Assembly: GCF_006345805.1 (NCBI RefSeq)
Contig: NC_042997.1
Coordinates: 202,616,001-202,680,000 of the forward strand
Direction: 5' to 3'
DNA from: Octopus sinensis
Taxonomy: Eukaryota
DNA: 64,000 nt
The translations under genes and the position numbers were made by a program. The notes under the pieces are model-generated. The model saw only the letters and a list, made by a program, of their open reading frames with translations. It was not told where the DNA came from and searched no databases. Positions 39,001-52,418 of this stretch are shown piece after piece (within the stretch, counting starts at the first letter, position 1; each line of letters opens with the position of its first letter).

Positions 39001-42000
39001 CTCTCAGAAATACACAGCTAGTCCCTCTCTCAGAAATACAGTCCTTCTCTCAGAAATACACTTAGTCCTTCTCTCAGAAATACACTTAGTCCTTCTCTCA
39101 GAAATACAGTTAGTCCTTCTCAGAAATACAGTTAGTCCTCTCTCAGAAATACAGTTAGTCCTTCTCTCAGAAATACAGTTAGTCCTTCTCTCAGAAATTC
39201 AGTTAGTCCTCTCTCAGAAATACAGTTAATCCTTCCCTCAGAAATACAGTTAGTCCTTCTCTCAGAAATGCAGTTAGTCCTTCTCTTAGAATTCAGTTAG
39301 TCCTCTCTCAGAAATACAGTTAGTCCTTCTCTCAGAAATACAGTTAGTCCTTCTCTCAGAAATACAGTTCGTCCTTCTCTCAGAAAATACAGATAGTCCT
39401 TCTCTCAGAAATACAGTTAGTCCTTCTCTCAGAAATACAATTAGTCCTTCTCTCAGAAATACAGTTGTGCTTCTCTCAGAAATACAGCTAGTCCTCTCTC
39501 AGAAATACAGTTTGTCCTTCTCTCAGAAATACAGCTAGTCCTCTCTCAGAAATACAGTTAGTCCTTCTCTCAGAAATACAGTTAGTCCTCTCATAAATAC
39601 AGCTAGTCCCTCTCTCAGAAATACAGTTAGTCCTTCTCTCAGAAATACACTTAGTCCTTCTCTCAGAAATACACTTAGTCCTTCTCTCAGAAATACTTAG
39701 TCCTTCTCTCAGAAATACAGTTAGTCCTTCTCTCAGAAATACACTTAGTCCTTTCTCTCGAAATACAGTTAGTCCTTCTCAGAAATACAGTCCTTCTTCA
39801 GAAATACAGTTAGTCCTTCTCTCAGAAATACAGTTAGTCCTTCTCTAGAAATACAGTTAGTCCCTTCTTAGAAATACAGTTTGTCCCTCTCTTAGAAATA
39901 CAGTTAGTCTTCTCTCAGAAATACAGTTAGTCCTTCTCTCAGAAATACAGTTAGTCCTTCTTTCAGAAATACAGTTTGTCCTTCTCTCAGAAATACAGTT
40001 CGTCCTTCTCTCAGAAATACAGTTAGTCCTTCTCTCAGAAATAGTTAGTCCTTGTCTCAGAAATACAGTTAGTCCCTCTCTTATAAATACAGTTAGTCCT
40101 TCTCTCAGAAATACAGTTAGTCCTTCTCTTAGAAATACACTTAGTCCTCTTAGAAATACAGTTAGTCCCTCTTTCAGAAATACTGTTAGTCCCTCTCTCA
40201 GAAATACAGTTAGTCCTTCTCTCAGAAATACAGTTAGTCCTTCTCTCAGAAATACAGTTCGTCCTACTTTCAGAAATACAGTTAGTCCTTCTCTTAGAAA
40301 TATAGTTAGTCCTTCTCTCAGAAATACAGTTAGTCCTTCTCTTAGAAATACAGTTAGTCCCTCTCTCATAAATACAGTTAGTCCTTCTCTCAGAAATACA
40401 GTTAGTCCTTCTCTCAGAAATACAGTTAGTCCTTCTTTCAGAAATACAGTTTGTCCTTCTCTCAGAAATACAGTTCGTCCTTCTCTCAGAAATACAGTTA
40501 GTCCTTCTCTCAGAAATAGTTAGTCCTTGTCTCAGAAATACAGTTAGTCCCTCTCTTATAAATACAGTTAGTCCTTCTCTCAGAAATACAGTTAGTCCTT
40601 CTCTCAGTAATACAGTTAGTCCTTCTTTCAGAAATACAGTTTGTCCTTCTCTCAGAAATACAGTTAGTCCTTCTCTTAGAAATACAGTTAGTCCCTCTTT
40701 CAGAAATACAGTTAATCCTTCTCTCAGAAATACAGTTAGTCCTTCCCTCAGAAATACAGTTAGTCCTTCTCTCAGAAATACAGTTAGTCCTTCTCTCAGA
40801 AATACAGTTAGTCCCTCTCTTAGAAATACAGATAGTCCCTCTCTTGGAAATACAGTTAGTCCAATCTCTCAGAAATAGAATTAGTCCTTCTCTCAGAAAT
40901 ACAGTTAGTCCTCTTAGAAATACAGTTAGTCCCTCTCTTAGAAATACAGTTAGTCCCTCTTTCAGAAATACAGTTAGTCCCTCTGTTAGAAATACAGTTA
41001 GTCCCTCTCTCAGAAATACAGTTAGTCCTTCTCTAGAAATACACTTAGTCCTTCTCTCAGAAATACAGTTAGTCCTTCTCTCAGAAATACACTTAGTCCT
41101 TCTCTCAGAAATACACTTAGTCCTTCTCTCAGAAATACACTTAGTCCCTCTCTCAGAAATACACTTAGTCCTTCTCTCAGAAATACACTTAGTCCTTCTC
41201 TCAGAAATACACTAGTCCTTCTCTCAGAAATACAGTTAGTCCTTCTCTCAGAAATACAGTTAGTCCGTCTCTCAGAAATACACTTAGTCCTTCTCTCAGA
41301 AATACAGTTCGTCCTTCTCTCAGAAATACACTTAGTCCTTCTCTCAGAAATACAGTTAGTCCCTCTCTTGGAAATACAGTTAGTCCCTCTCTCAGAAATA
41401 CAGTTAGTCCCTCCCTTAGGAATACAGTTAGTCTCTCTCTCTCTCAGAAATACAGTTAGACCTTCTTTCTGAAATATAGTTAGTCCTTTTCTCAGAAATA
41501 CACTTAGTCCTTCTCTCAGAAATACAGTTAATCCTTCCCTCAGAAATACAGTTAGTCCTTGTCTCAGAAGTACAGTTAATTCTTCTCTCAGAAATACAGT
41601 TAGTCCTTCTCTCAGAAATACAGTTCATCCTTCTCTCAGAATACAGTTAGTCCTTCTCTCAGAAATACAGTTAGTCCTTCTCTCAGAAATACAATTAGTC
41701 CTTCTCTCAGAAATACAGTTCGTCCTACTCTCAGAAATACAGCTAGTCCCCCTTCAGAAATACAGTTAGTCCTTCTCTCAGAAATACAGTTAGTCCTTCT
41801 CTCAGAAATACACCTAGTCCCTCTCTCAGAAATACAGTTAGTCCTTCTTTCAGAAATACAGTTAGTCCATCTCTCAGAAATACAGCTAGTCCCTCTCTCA
41901 GAAATACAGTCCTTCTCTCAGAAATACACTTAGTCCTTCTCTCAGAAATACACTTAGTCCTTCTCTCAGAAATACAGTTAGTCCTTCTCAGAAATACAGT

Positions 42001-43372
42001 TAGTCCTCCTCTCAGAAATACAGTTAGTCCTTCTCTCAGAAATACAGTTAGTCCTTCTCTCAGAAATTCAGTTAGTCCTTCTCTCAGAAATACAGTTAAT
42101 CCTTCCCTCAGAAATACAGTTAGTCCTTCTCTCAGAAATGCAGTTAGTCCTTCTCTTAGAAATTCAGTTAGTCCTTCTCTCAGAAATACAGTTAGTCCTT
42201 CTCTCAGAAATACAGTTAGTCCTTCTCTCAGAAATACAGTTCGTCCTTCTCTCAGAAATACAGATAGTCCTTCTCTCAGAAATACAGTTAGTCCTTCTCT
42301 CAGAAATACAATTAGTCCTTCTCTCAGAAATACATTTTGTGCTTCTCTCAGAAATACAGCTAGTCCCTCTCTCAGAAATACAGTTTGTCCTTCTCTCAGA
42401 AATACAGCTAGTCCCTCTCTCAGAAATACAGTTAGTCCTTCTCTCAGAAATACAGTTAGTCCTCTCATAAATACAGCTAGTCCCTCTCTCAGAAATACAG
42501 TTAGTCCTTCTCTCAGAAATACAGTTAGTCCTCTCAGAAATACACTTAGTCCTTCTCTCAGAAATATACTTAGTCCTTCTCTCAGAAATACAGTTAGTCC
42601 TTCTCTCAGAAATACACTTAGTCTTTCTCTCAGAAATACAGTTAGTCCTTCTCAGAAATACAGTCCTTCTTTCAGAAATACAGTTAGTCCTTCTCTCAGA
42701 AATACAGTTAGTCCTTCTCTTAGAAATACAGTTAGTCCCTTTCTTAGAAATACAGTTTGTCCCTCTCTTAGAAATACAGTTAGTCCTTCTCTCAGAAGTA
42801 CAGTTAGTCCTTCTCTCAGAAATACAGCTAGTCCCTCTCTCAGAAATATAGTTAGTCCTTCTCTCAGAAATACACTTAGTCCTTCTCTCAGAAATACAGT
42901 TAGTCCTTCTCTCAGAAATACACTTAGTCCTTCTCTCAGAAATACAGTTAGTCCTTCTCTCAGAAATACACTTAGTCCTTCTCTCAGAAATACACTTAGT
43001 CCTTCTCTCAGAAATACACTTAGTCCTTCTCTCAGAAATACAGTTAGTCCTTCTCTCAGAAATACACTTAGTCCTTCTCTCAGAAATACACTTAGTCCTT
43101 CTCTCAGAACTACAGTTCGTCCTTCTGTCAGAAATACAGTTCGTCCTTCTCTCAGAAATACACTTAGTCCTTCTCTCAGAAATACACTTAGTCCTTCTCT
43201 CAGAAATACAGTTAGTCCTTCTCTCAGAAATACAGTTAGTCCTTCTCTCAGAAATACAGTTAGTCCGTCTCTCAGAAATACACTTAGTCCTTCTCTCAGA
43301 AATACAGTTCGTCCTTCTCTCAGAAATACACTTAGTCCTTCTCTCAGAAATACAGTTAATCATTCTCTTAGA
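30090..43372. repeat. Intronic 24-bp satellite array, consensus AGAAATACAGTTAGTCCTTCTCTC, ~550 copies with higher-order duplications
   Basis: Directly visible tandem repeat; 8-aa periodic ORFs in the track; degenerate copies extend to ~29440 and ~44050. Confidence 0.98.
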
Positions 43373-43626
43373 AGTGTAGAATATCTATGGTCAGTGCACA
43401 CTTTTAGAAACATGGGTATAAGTTTTTATGAATAAGGAAATAAACTGGTAATATATGTTGGTAAATAGTGATAGTATGGTGGAAACTGATGGAAAAAGTG
43501 ACATTTAAAAATTTGTTTTGGGAAGAAGAGAACTGAGACATTTTGGAATTGACACTTTACCATCTGAAAAATATAGTTAGTTCTCATTTCAGAAACAGAT
43601 CGTCCCAATTTCATTTATGCCATTAC

Positions 43627-43963
43627 TTACTCTCTTTACTTGTTTCAGTCATTTGACTGCATCCATGCTGGGCCTGAGCACCACCTTTAGTCGAGCAAAT
43701 TGACCCCAGGACTTATTCTTTGTAAGCTTAGTACTTATTCTATTGGTCTCTTTTGCCGAACTGCTAAGTTACAGGGACGTAAACATACCAGCATCAGTTG
43801 TCAAGTGATGTTGGGGGGACAAACACACACACACACATACATATACATGGTGGGCTTCTTTCAGTTTCTATCTACCAAATCCAATCACAAGGCTTTGGTC
43901 GGCCTGAGGCTATAATAGAAGACACTTGCCCAAGGTGTCATGCAATGGTACTGAACCCGGAAC
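43627..43963 (-). mobile_element. SINE family B copy inserted in the degenerate satellite fringe
   Basis: Aligns by eye with 48323-48660; lacks the 5' head. Confidence 0.82.
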
Positions 43964-44343
43964 TTAGTTAATCTTTATTCCAAAAATATACATAGTTCAC
44001 ATATCAGATATATAATTAGTCTACACGTAAGAGATGTAGTTAGTCCTAATTTCATTTTGTTGGTTCTTTTGGAAATCTATTGAAAATATATTTGATTCAT
44101 GTTGATTCATTTGTAATTAGATCCTTTTGTGTGAGGGGGTATCGTCCTCTTTGTGTCTTTGTAGGATTTTGATTAGAAGGTCTCTTTAATCTCTGAGGTA
44201 GAGCTTCTTTTGCTCACACAGGTTTGTTTATTGTTGTTTTCATTGCAACAAATGCTTTTTTTATCTGGCAATGCTGCTAACTTTAGAGGCAGTTCCAACA
44301 TGGAGTAACAGGCCTGTGTTTGGCTATCTTTACTATCTCATGT

Positions 44344-44475
44344 CCATGGTCTAGTGATTAGACTGTTCAGTTCACAACTACAAGGTCATAGGTTCGATTT
44401 GTGGACCAAGCAGCACATTGTGTGCTTGAGCAAGGCACTTCATTTTATACTACTCCAATCTACTCAGCTAACAAT
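44344..44475 (+). mobile_element. Truncated tRNA-SINE of a third type
   Basis: TGGTCTAGTGATTAG A-box, GGTTCGATT B-box, then GTGTGCTTGAGCAAGGCACTT domain. Confidence 0.55.
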
Positions 44476-45162
44476 GCATAATCAGCCAAGTGCTGGTGCA
44501 GTCCTCTCTCTTCTATCTGTCATATCTTCAATTGTTCTGTCGGTTTATGGGTAGGAAGGCCAAGAGGATGTTTATGTTTGCTCATGGATATATTGTTGGT
44601 ACCTAAAAACAATCTGTATGAGTATGATTATACTATCAAGCTATACTTGCTGATAAGCAGGAAGAAGTGTGTGGAGAGAGCTCTTGCAACTATCAAAAGA
44701 CATAATTATGAATTTGATTCTTTCTCAAATATAGAATTTCATAATAAAAGGCAGGCAAAATATTGTTAATAGAGAGTTGACTTAAAAGATGGTAGTAAAT
44801 AATTTGAAAGGTGAAGTACAGATGGCATTTAAAGGATAATGGGGAAGAACAAAGGTTTGTTCATAGTTTGTGAATGGCTTTAAGTTCTCTATTAGAAGTT
44901 TTCCACAAAGTTGTGTTAGACTTTTCATTGGCGAAATCCATTCCTTATTATTTGTCAGAGACATCTTTGAGTATCTGTTGGGGAAGATATTATGAAGCAT
45001 TTTCAGTCTACTGGATACGGTGGTATTATTCTATTTTATTTTGGATCTAGTTAATGATATCAAAAGAACTGTTTTGTTGTTGGGATATCCTTGTTTGAGT
45101 TAGGTTCTACATAAACATTACCTATAGTTAATGTTGGTTTTGTACTTTTACTGTATTTTATC

Positions 45163-45500
45163 TTTTACTTGTTTCAATAATTGGACTGTGGCCATGCTGG
45201 AACACTGCCTTTAAAGGCTTTAGTCAAACAAATTGACTCAGTACTTATCTTATCAGTATTTCATTGCTAAACTGGTAAGTTACTGGGACATTATCCAACA
45301 CCAGTTATCAAGTGGTAGGAGTATCAAACACAAAGCCACACATACACATATACAACAGGCTTCCACACAATTTCCATCTACCAAATTCACTCGCAAAACA
45401 TTGTTTGGCCCAGGGCTATAGTAGAAGAAACTTGCCCAAGGTGTGTTGGACTGTTCCCAGAACAATGTTGTTGGGAAGCAAGCTTCTTAACCACACAGCC
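45163..45500 (-). mobile_element. SINE family B copy; further copies at ~46600-46945 (-), 3715-3875 (-), 56480-56620 (+), 63776-64000 (+), 22178-22260 (+)
   Basis: Shared TTTCCATCTACCAAATT.ACTC.CAA...GGCTATAGTAGAAGA.ACTTGCCCAAGGTG block. Confidence 0.75.
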
Positions 45501-45959
45501 AATGTCAAGGGCTTAAATTGGGTTTTGTTTCTTGCAAAAGAGACATGTCAATCCCGTTTTGGTCTGGATTGCAATCATCTGTTAATTCTTCTTTGTACTT
45601 CTTTTACCAAAACTACGTGGAATATGTAACAGTTCCACTATACTGTTATATTTCTGCAAAAATAGTTTATGTGAAAAATAAACAGATGAAGTAAAATGAA
45701 AAGCAATTCTAACTGCCATTCCCATTAGTTAGTCTGATGAAACTTGTTTCATGTTTTGTGTTGGTAAATTCACACAAGCTAGATATGGAGTTAAAAAAAG
45801 CCAGTTGTAAATTGAAAATCAGTGTGAAATCACTATTGCAGAATGAAATTGAACTTTTTCTCTGCACATTTATCTGAAGTAGTGTCACATGGGCTGTGTT
45901 TAAGCATCTCTCACCTGGCATGTGTATAGGAACTTTCCCTTAATGTCGACCTTTGTGCT

Positions 45960-46520
45960 GATCTTTTACACTTGTTATACAAGATTGTCCTTATTTTTTT
46001 TTTTATTTATCACAAGAAATGTGTCCTTGTCGTTTCTTGTGATCAGCAAAGAGTAAATCTCTAGTCGGCAATTTTGTTGTTTTTCAGTCAATTCAGGAGG
46101 CGCCCATTTGTTGAACTTCTTCACCTTGGCCGATTACATCACGATACCGGGAAGCAGTTGCAATGCTATGCCAAGCACTTCTGTAATTTCTCGTACCATT
46201 TTTCTTGGATCGGCTTCAAGTAAGGTTTTCAGATAATAAGGCTGTCATTACACCAGTCGAATGGACATTTACTACATTCTTTATATTCAAGGCCTACCTC
46301 TCCGGAAGGAAACATTCAAATCGGCATTTTACTGTGAGTCTATTAGCAGTGTTCTTGCTCTATGCTTGATGCAAGTTGCTTTGCTTACATTCAGAACTGG
46401 TTTGAATTTTTGTAGTAAAACTTGGCACAGTTTTGCTTCAAATAAACACTTCAGAATTTTCAGTTTTGCATCACAAACTAAAGCACATATTACAAAACAA
46501 ATGATTTAAGTTGGGTTCAA
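45960..46520 (-). pseudogene. Decayed mariner transposase N-terminal fragment (second family)
   Basis: Frameshifted remnants FPSGEVGLEYKECSKCP, TLLEADPRKMVREITEVLG and KFNKWAPPELTEKQQNCRLE correspond to the mariner FRSG..LED..RSGRP, EADP and KWVPHEL motifs. Confidence 0.7.
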
Positions 46521-47301
46521 CAACTGTTTTTGAAAACATAAATAGCATTTTTTTTAAAAACTGTCAAAATAAAATTTCCCCATATTGTTTTATTCTTCCA
46601 CGTGTTTCAGTCATTGGACTGGAGCAATGTCTTGAAAGGTTTTAGTTGAACAAATCAACTGCAGTTCTATTTTTAAGTTCAGTATTCTATCAGTCTCTTT
46701 TGCCAAATCACTAAAATTACAGGGACATAAACCACTAACATCATTTGTTAAAAGGGGCAGGGGATAAGACAAACATGCACACATGACAGGCTTCAACACA
46801 GTTTCTGTACACCAAATTTATTCACAAGACAATTAATTAGCCTGGAGCTATAGTAGAAGACACTTGCCTAAGGTGCTACATAGTGGGACTGAACCTGAAA
46901 TTATATGGTTGCAAACCAAACTTCTTAATCACACATCCATGCCTGCACCTATATAAATCAATTATATTATCTACATATTAACTGGGAATAATAGATTTTT
47001 CCACTTATTCTTATTGTAGAGTAATTTAGCTCCACAAACTATGCCCAGACTGACTTAGATATTAAATTTCTAGTAAGTACAAGATTCCAGATTCTTAGTG
47101 TAATTCTTTCAATGTTACAGTTTTCTAAGTATTTCATTTGGCAATAAAGTATCTTGGCTTATTCCTGCCTTTTATTATATAACTATTGTGTCATCATGTT
47201 CGTCTATCGCATCGTATTTAAATATTTCTAAGATTCATCAAGCTGTCTGTCTTTTCTCTGTACTAAGGGAAGTGTTTATTAGTCACTTATATGTAGAATA
47301 A

Positions 47302-47530
47302 GGCAGCGAGCTGGCAGAATCGTTAGCATACCGGGCGAAATGCTTAGCGGTATTTCGTCTGTCGTTACGTTCTGAGTTCAAATTCCGCCGAGGTCGACTT
47401 TGCCTTTCATCCTTTCGGGGTCGATAAATTAAGTACCAGTTACGCACTGGGGTCGATATGATCGACTTAATCCGTTTGTCTGTCCTTGTTTGTCCCCTCT
47501 GTGTTTAGCCCCTTGTGGGTAGTAAATAAA
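47302..47530 (+). mobile_element. tRNA-derived SINE family A, young copy with 11-bp TSD
   Basis: A-box TGGCAGAATCGTTAG, B-box GAGTTCAAATTCC, central GTCGACTTTGCCTTTCATCCTTTCGGGGTCGATAAA (MetaSINE-like from memory); TSD TATATGTAGAA at 47288-98 and 47539-49. Confidence 0.88.
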
Positions 47531-47740
47531 TATAAATATATATGTAGAACCTAGGTGTCTTCCCTAATAAGGTTTACTGAAGAAAGTTAGAGAGTTAAAC
47601 ACTCTACTCAGTGATATGTCAGTCACATTTATAGTTCTTACTACATAATGTGTTTGTTTTTTGATACTGTGGATTCAGTAATTTTAGTTTCCCTGTTCAT
47701 ATAAGATTCTTTCCAAGATAGTTCTGCAAATCATTATTAT

Positions 47741-48175
47741 GACAAGCTGGCAGGATCGTTAGTGTGTCAAACAAAATGTGAAGTAATATTTCTTGTGGCT
47801 CTTTGTGTTCTGTGTTCTAATCCAGTCTAGGTCAACTTTACCTTTCATCCTTTCATGGTCGATAAAATAAAGTACCTGTGAGGGACTGGGGTTGAAGCAA
47901 TCGACTTGACCCCTCTCACTAAAATTTCTGGTCTTATGCGAAAATTAGAAAGAGTTATTTTTATTATTAAGGAAGTTAGCACGCAAGACAAAAAATGCTT
48001 AGCAGCATTCTGCCTGTCTTTGTTTTGAGTTCAAATTCCACCAAGGCTGACTTCGCCTTTCATCTTCTCAAAGTCAATAAAATGAGTACCAGCTGAGCGC
48101 TGGAGTCAATGTAACCAACCCCCTCCCTCGAAATCGCTGGCCTAGTGTCTGAATTTGAAACCATTATTATTATTA
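47741..48175 (+). mobile_element. Two older degenerate SINE A-like copies in tandem
   Basis: Both retain CCTTTCATC and AGTACC central motifs and B-box remnants. Confidence 0.65.
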
Positions 48176-48322
48176 TTCAATAAATACGATAAAATCCAGA
48201 TGAAGCAGTGATAGTCAATCTATTTACTTCAATAGAACATAATATCAATAAATTATCTAACTAGTTTTAGCCATGGATATCAAAGTCATTTCAAATTTTA
48301 TCTCAGATGTTCTGAGTTCATT

Positions 48323-48660
48323 CTTTTACTCATTTACTTGTTTCAGTCATTTGACTTATTCTTTGTAAGCCTAGTACTTATTCTAGAGGTCTCTTTTGCC
48401 GAACCGCTAAGTTACGAGGACGTAAACACACCAGCATCAGTTGTCAAGCGATGTTGGGGGGACAAACACAGACACACACACACATATATATATACTTATA
48501 TACGATAGGCTTCTTTCAGTTTCCGTCTACCAAATCCGCTCACAAGGTTTTGGTCGGCCCAAGGTTATAGTAGAAGACACTTGCCCAAGGTGCCACGCAG
48601 TGGGACTGAACCCGGAACCGTGTGATTGGTAAGCAAGCTACTTACCACACAGCCACTCCA
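48323..48660 (-). mobile_element. tRNA-derived SINE family B (Octopus OK/OR-like, CORE-like GGCACCTTGGGCAAGTG), young copy
   Basis: Minus strand GGAGTGGCTGTGTGGTAAGTAGCTTGC...GGTTCAGTCC head and internal (TG/TA) microsatellite. Confidence 0.85.
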
Positions 48661-49454
48661 AACTGAATAATTGTCTTTATTAAAATTAGATTTTTCCTAA
48701 ATTGTAAGCTACTTCCTTGTTTAATAGTTTCTACTTGTAATAATAGTAATTTTGAAGGCAAATGAATAAGACTGTACTCCACATTAGTCCTCCACCACCT
48801 CTTTATTCTCAAGTATAATCTTGCTGGGATGGACTTTACATTTGATTCCTCTTGGAATAACATCAATATTAGTAATTCTTATACATCATTTGTTGCCATT
48901 GACTATATTGCCCTCTGCCCACCCCTACATTCTACTGCAATGATAAGTTAATTTATACAGAAATATTTGTATGAGCTAAATCAATAGCTGGGTTTTCAGA
49001 TTTACATCTTTATTTTACAAGAATGAAGAATGTTATAAAATTGTTTGCAAACATCTGAAACAAAAAGTCAGTACAATGTAAATATGTACATGGTACAGTT
49101 CATTGTTTTTAACCCTTTTGTTACCGTATCTCTGTTGAAATCGTTTTAATTAATTTTGAAAATAATGAAGAATTTAGCAAAATAACTTAGTCATTATTAA
49201 GCTGGTGTTTGGAGCATAAATTAACGTAAAAGTTTGTATTAGAAAATCAGAGGGGCAGCTTCAGACACGTTGATATTAAAAGTATTAAATGCTAACATAA
49301 ACATATTGTTAGAATGGCTTAACTTTGAAGAATGGATAAGGTTCAACATTGAAATATTTCCTTGAAAACAATGTTTTTTTTTTAATTCAACTGAATGTTT
49401 TTTTTAAAAAAGGATCTAATAACTTAGCAACACCAAACAAAACCTAACTGTTGC

Positions 49455-49468
49455 ATATATATATATAT

Positions 49469-49502
<34 letters not shown>

Positions 49503-49753
49503 ATATAGATAGAAAGATATAGATAGATAGATAGAAAGATATAGATAGATAGATAGAAAGATATAGATAGATAGATAGAAAGATATATAGATAGATAGAT
49601 AGAAAGATATATATAGATAGATAGAAAGATATATATAGATAGATAGAAAGATATAGATAGATAGAAAGATATATATATATAGATAGAAAGATATATATAT
49701 ATAGATAGATAGATAGAAAGATATATATATATATAGATAGATAGATAGAAAGA

Positions 49754-49787
<34 letters not shown>

Positions 49788-49790
49788 TTT
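49455..49790. repeat. Compound (TA)n/(TAGA)n/(TAGAAAGA) microsatellite
   Basis: Directly visible. Confidence 0.95.
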
Positions 49791-50249
49791 ATATATGATG
49801 AAAGTGATTGAGACCTTAGCAATAGCAAATAGTATTTTATTGTTAAATTCTGAAGTTTGCATTCCAACAAGGTAATAATTGTCATTGATAATACAGACTT
49901 ATACATGTCTGTGTGTGTGTTTGTTTATGCATATGCATTCATGTATACACCCACATATACATATCTATGGTATTTGTGCCTAAATTTCACAAACACATTT
50001 GTTTTTAGCTATTGATAAAATAGAAAAGATTATATTAATGACAAGTAAACAATTTTATTTTATACAAGATATTCAAATACAGATTTGATAGTGATAGATC
50101 TCCAGCCAGTAAAAATAGTTCAGATTAATCTTTTAGTGAACTAGGAGTCCTGCAGCTAATAATGTTGCTGTATATCTATGCTTTAATAGTCCTGTAATTA
50201 ACAAATTTTTTGAGCCTGTTTTTATCATGTAATTTTCTGTAATTTTCAG

Positions 50250-50301
50250 TGGTTCCCGTTGTCCATGTGGGGAATACTGCAACAACAAAAGATTCACTCG
50301 A
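50250..50301 (+). CDS. SETD2: SETD2 exon, AWS domain part 2 (CGSRCPCGEYCNNKRFTR)
   Basis: aattttcAG acceptor and CGA|GTAAGT donor; 52 nt; completes the Cys codon split by the intron; matches human SSRCPNGDYCSNRRFQR. Confidence 0.93.
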
Positions 50302-52369
50302 GTAAGTTAATGAGTTCAATTTTTGTATTCATTCTCACACATACATGCACACTGAATATTAGATTGTTTTTACAATCATCAGTTAATGATACAAATATCT
50401 CTGTGGTGTTCATGCAAATGTCATGTAAAAACATCCATTACACTCTCGGAGTGGTTGATGTTAGGAAGGGCATCCAGCCATAGAAAACCATGGCAAATCA
50501 GACTGGAGTCTGGTGCATCTCTTCGTCTTGTCAGCCCTGGTCAAACCGTCCAACCCATGCCAGCATGGACAATGGACATTAAATGATGAATTTTATACAA
50601 AAATGTTATTGCGTGTCTGGTAAAGCAACAAAGGTAATTATAATCATGATGATGATTATGGCAGCTGTGTTGCAACACCCCAGTATCTGTTATGGCAGTA
50701 GTTAATGATGCAGAGGCTGATGTCACCTTTTACTACTACGAATGTGGCCACCACAAACACAATTATTACTACTATAACTACTAACATGACGACAACCTCT
50801 GACATACTCATTGCTAATTTGATACCCTTGACATGATGCAATATTAAGGCTATGTTGGGTGTGGTGGTAATAATGATGCTGACTATGACAAATGTGTTTA
50901 CCATCTAACTCATACTCCTCCTTGGCAAGGCATTTTAAACATTTTTATCAATTGATGGAAGTTTTTCATTAAAAAATTTTCTTCTACTACACAACAGACA
51001 ATGTGATTGACTAGTTTAACTTTGTGAAGCTAGCTTGGCTAGTAAACTTTGTTTAGAATTTTACTTTACTCTGGAGATATGCTTTGACTGAGAAGACCCA
51101 GCAAACAAAGTGAGATCATAGCTAGCCTATGCCAGTGTCGCATAACCAGCTCACTCAAAAGTACCTTTGGATTGTAGGGCGACATGCCATGCTTGAGGAG
51201 ACCTATTAAGTCAAGTACATCATTAACATCAAAATCAAATCAAACCACAATCAAATGGAAATTGTAGTTGTGGCTGATGCCAGCGCCGCCCGTCTGGCTC
51301 CCTGTGCCGGTGGCACGTAAAAAGCACCATCCAAACGTGGTTGATGCCAGCCTCCTCACCCTGACCGTCTCCTGTGCTGGTGGCACATAAAAAGCCCCAT
51401 CCGAATGTGGCTGATGCCAGTGCTGCCTTGACTGGCTTCTGTGCCGGTAGCATGTAAAAGCACTATCCAAACGTGGTCAATGTAAGCCCCATCTGGCCCC
51501 TGTGCTGGTGGCACGTAGAAAGCACCTACTATACTCTCAGAGTGGTTGGCGTTAGGAAGGGCATCCAGCTGTTGAAACACTGCCAGATCAGATTGGAGCC
51601 TGGTGCAGCCAGTCAAACCATCCAACCCATGTCAGTATGGAAAAAGTGCTTTCCTGTATAGTCTCCGAGCAGCAGTTTTGGATGTGAGATTTGGTAGAAA
51701 GAGGCTGTGTTGAAATCTATAGGAGGATCCATTCCTGTTTTTAGGTGGTAGATTTAATCTGGCCCATGAGTACTTTTCACAGAGGTTACTGTGTTGCTAG
51801 TGTCTGGATAAGGTCACTGATATGAAGATAACTTCCTCTCTTCTGTCAATCTTGGAGACTCTAGAAAAGGTTATAGATGCTGCTGTTTATCATTTGGCTG
51901 AGTCGTAAGAAAAATATGGGCTAGATTAATGCACACTATGCTCTACTTACTTCAAATAACTCAAGATGCTTTCTTTAGTCATTAAAAGTTGTTGATCTTA
52001 AAGGAAATATCTTTTGATTGTATTTGTCCTTGTTTATGATTGTTGACATTTTAGGAAATGTAAGGGGTGTGTATGTATAGATCATCATTATCATCATTTA
52101 ATGTCTGCTTTCCATGCTGGCATGGGTTGTACAGTTTGACATGGAACTGGCTAGCAAAGCTGTCCTGACTCTCAGCACCTGAAAAGACAAGCCTGTATGT
52201 GTGGAAGATGGTGATTTTGCTTAGCTTGACACGTCTTATCAAGTACAGCAAATAACCACATCCCCTGGTCCCTTGTCATTTCCTCAGTGAGGCCCAGTGT
52301 CTGAAGATCCTTTCTCATATATATATATATATTATATATATATATATGTACATGTGCCTCTCTCTCTCT

Positions 52370-52411
<42 letters not shown>

Positions 52412-52418
52412 TATATAT

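Noticed and set aside
30086-43363. Many ORFs up to 399 aa with 8-aa periodicity (LVLLSEIQ, ISERRTNC, FLREGLTV, SPSLRNTV)
   Set aside because: Artefact of a 24-bp (multiple of 3) satellite; open on both strands, broken by indels, no promoter or splice support.
30090-43372. CRISPR-like array
   Set aside because: No unique spacers, eukaryotic intron context, no cas genes.
44040-45100. Possible Penelope GIY-YIG/RT remnant (NLCEQKKLYL)
   Set aside because: Single weak motif, interrupted by a SINE; insufficient evidence.
47302-47530. tRNA genes suggested by A/B boxes
   Set aside because: No cloverleaf; these are multi-copy SINE heads with tails and TSDs.
49424-49906. YLSI-repeat ORFs
   Set aside because: Translation of a (TA)/(TAGA) microsatellite.
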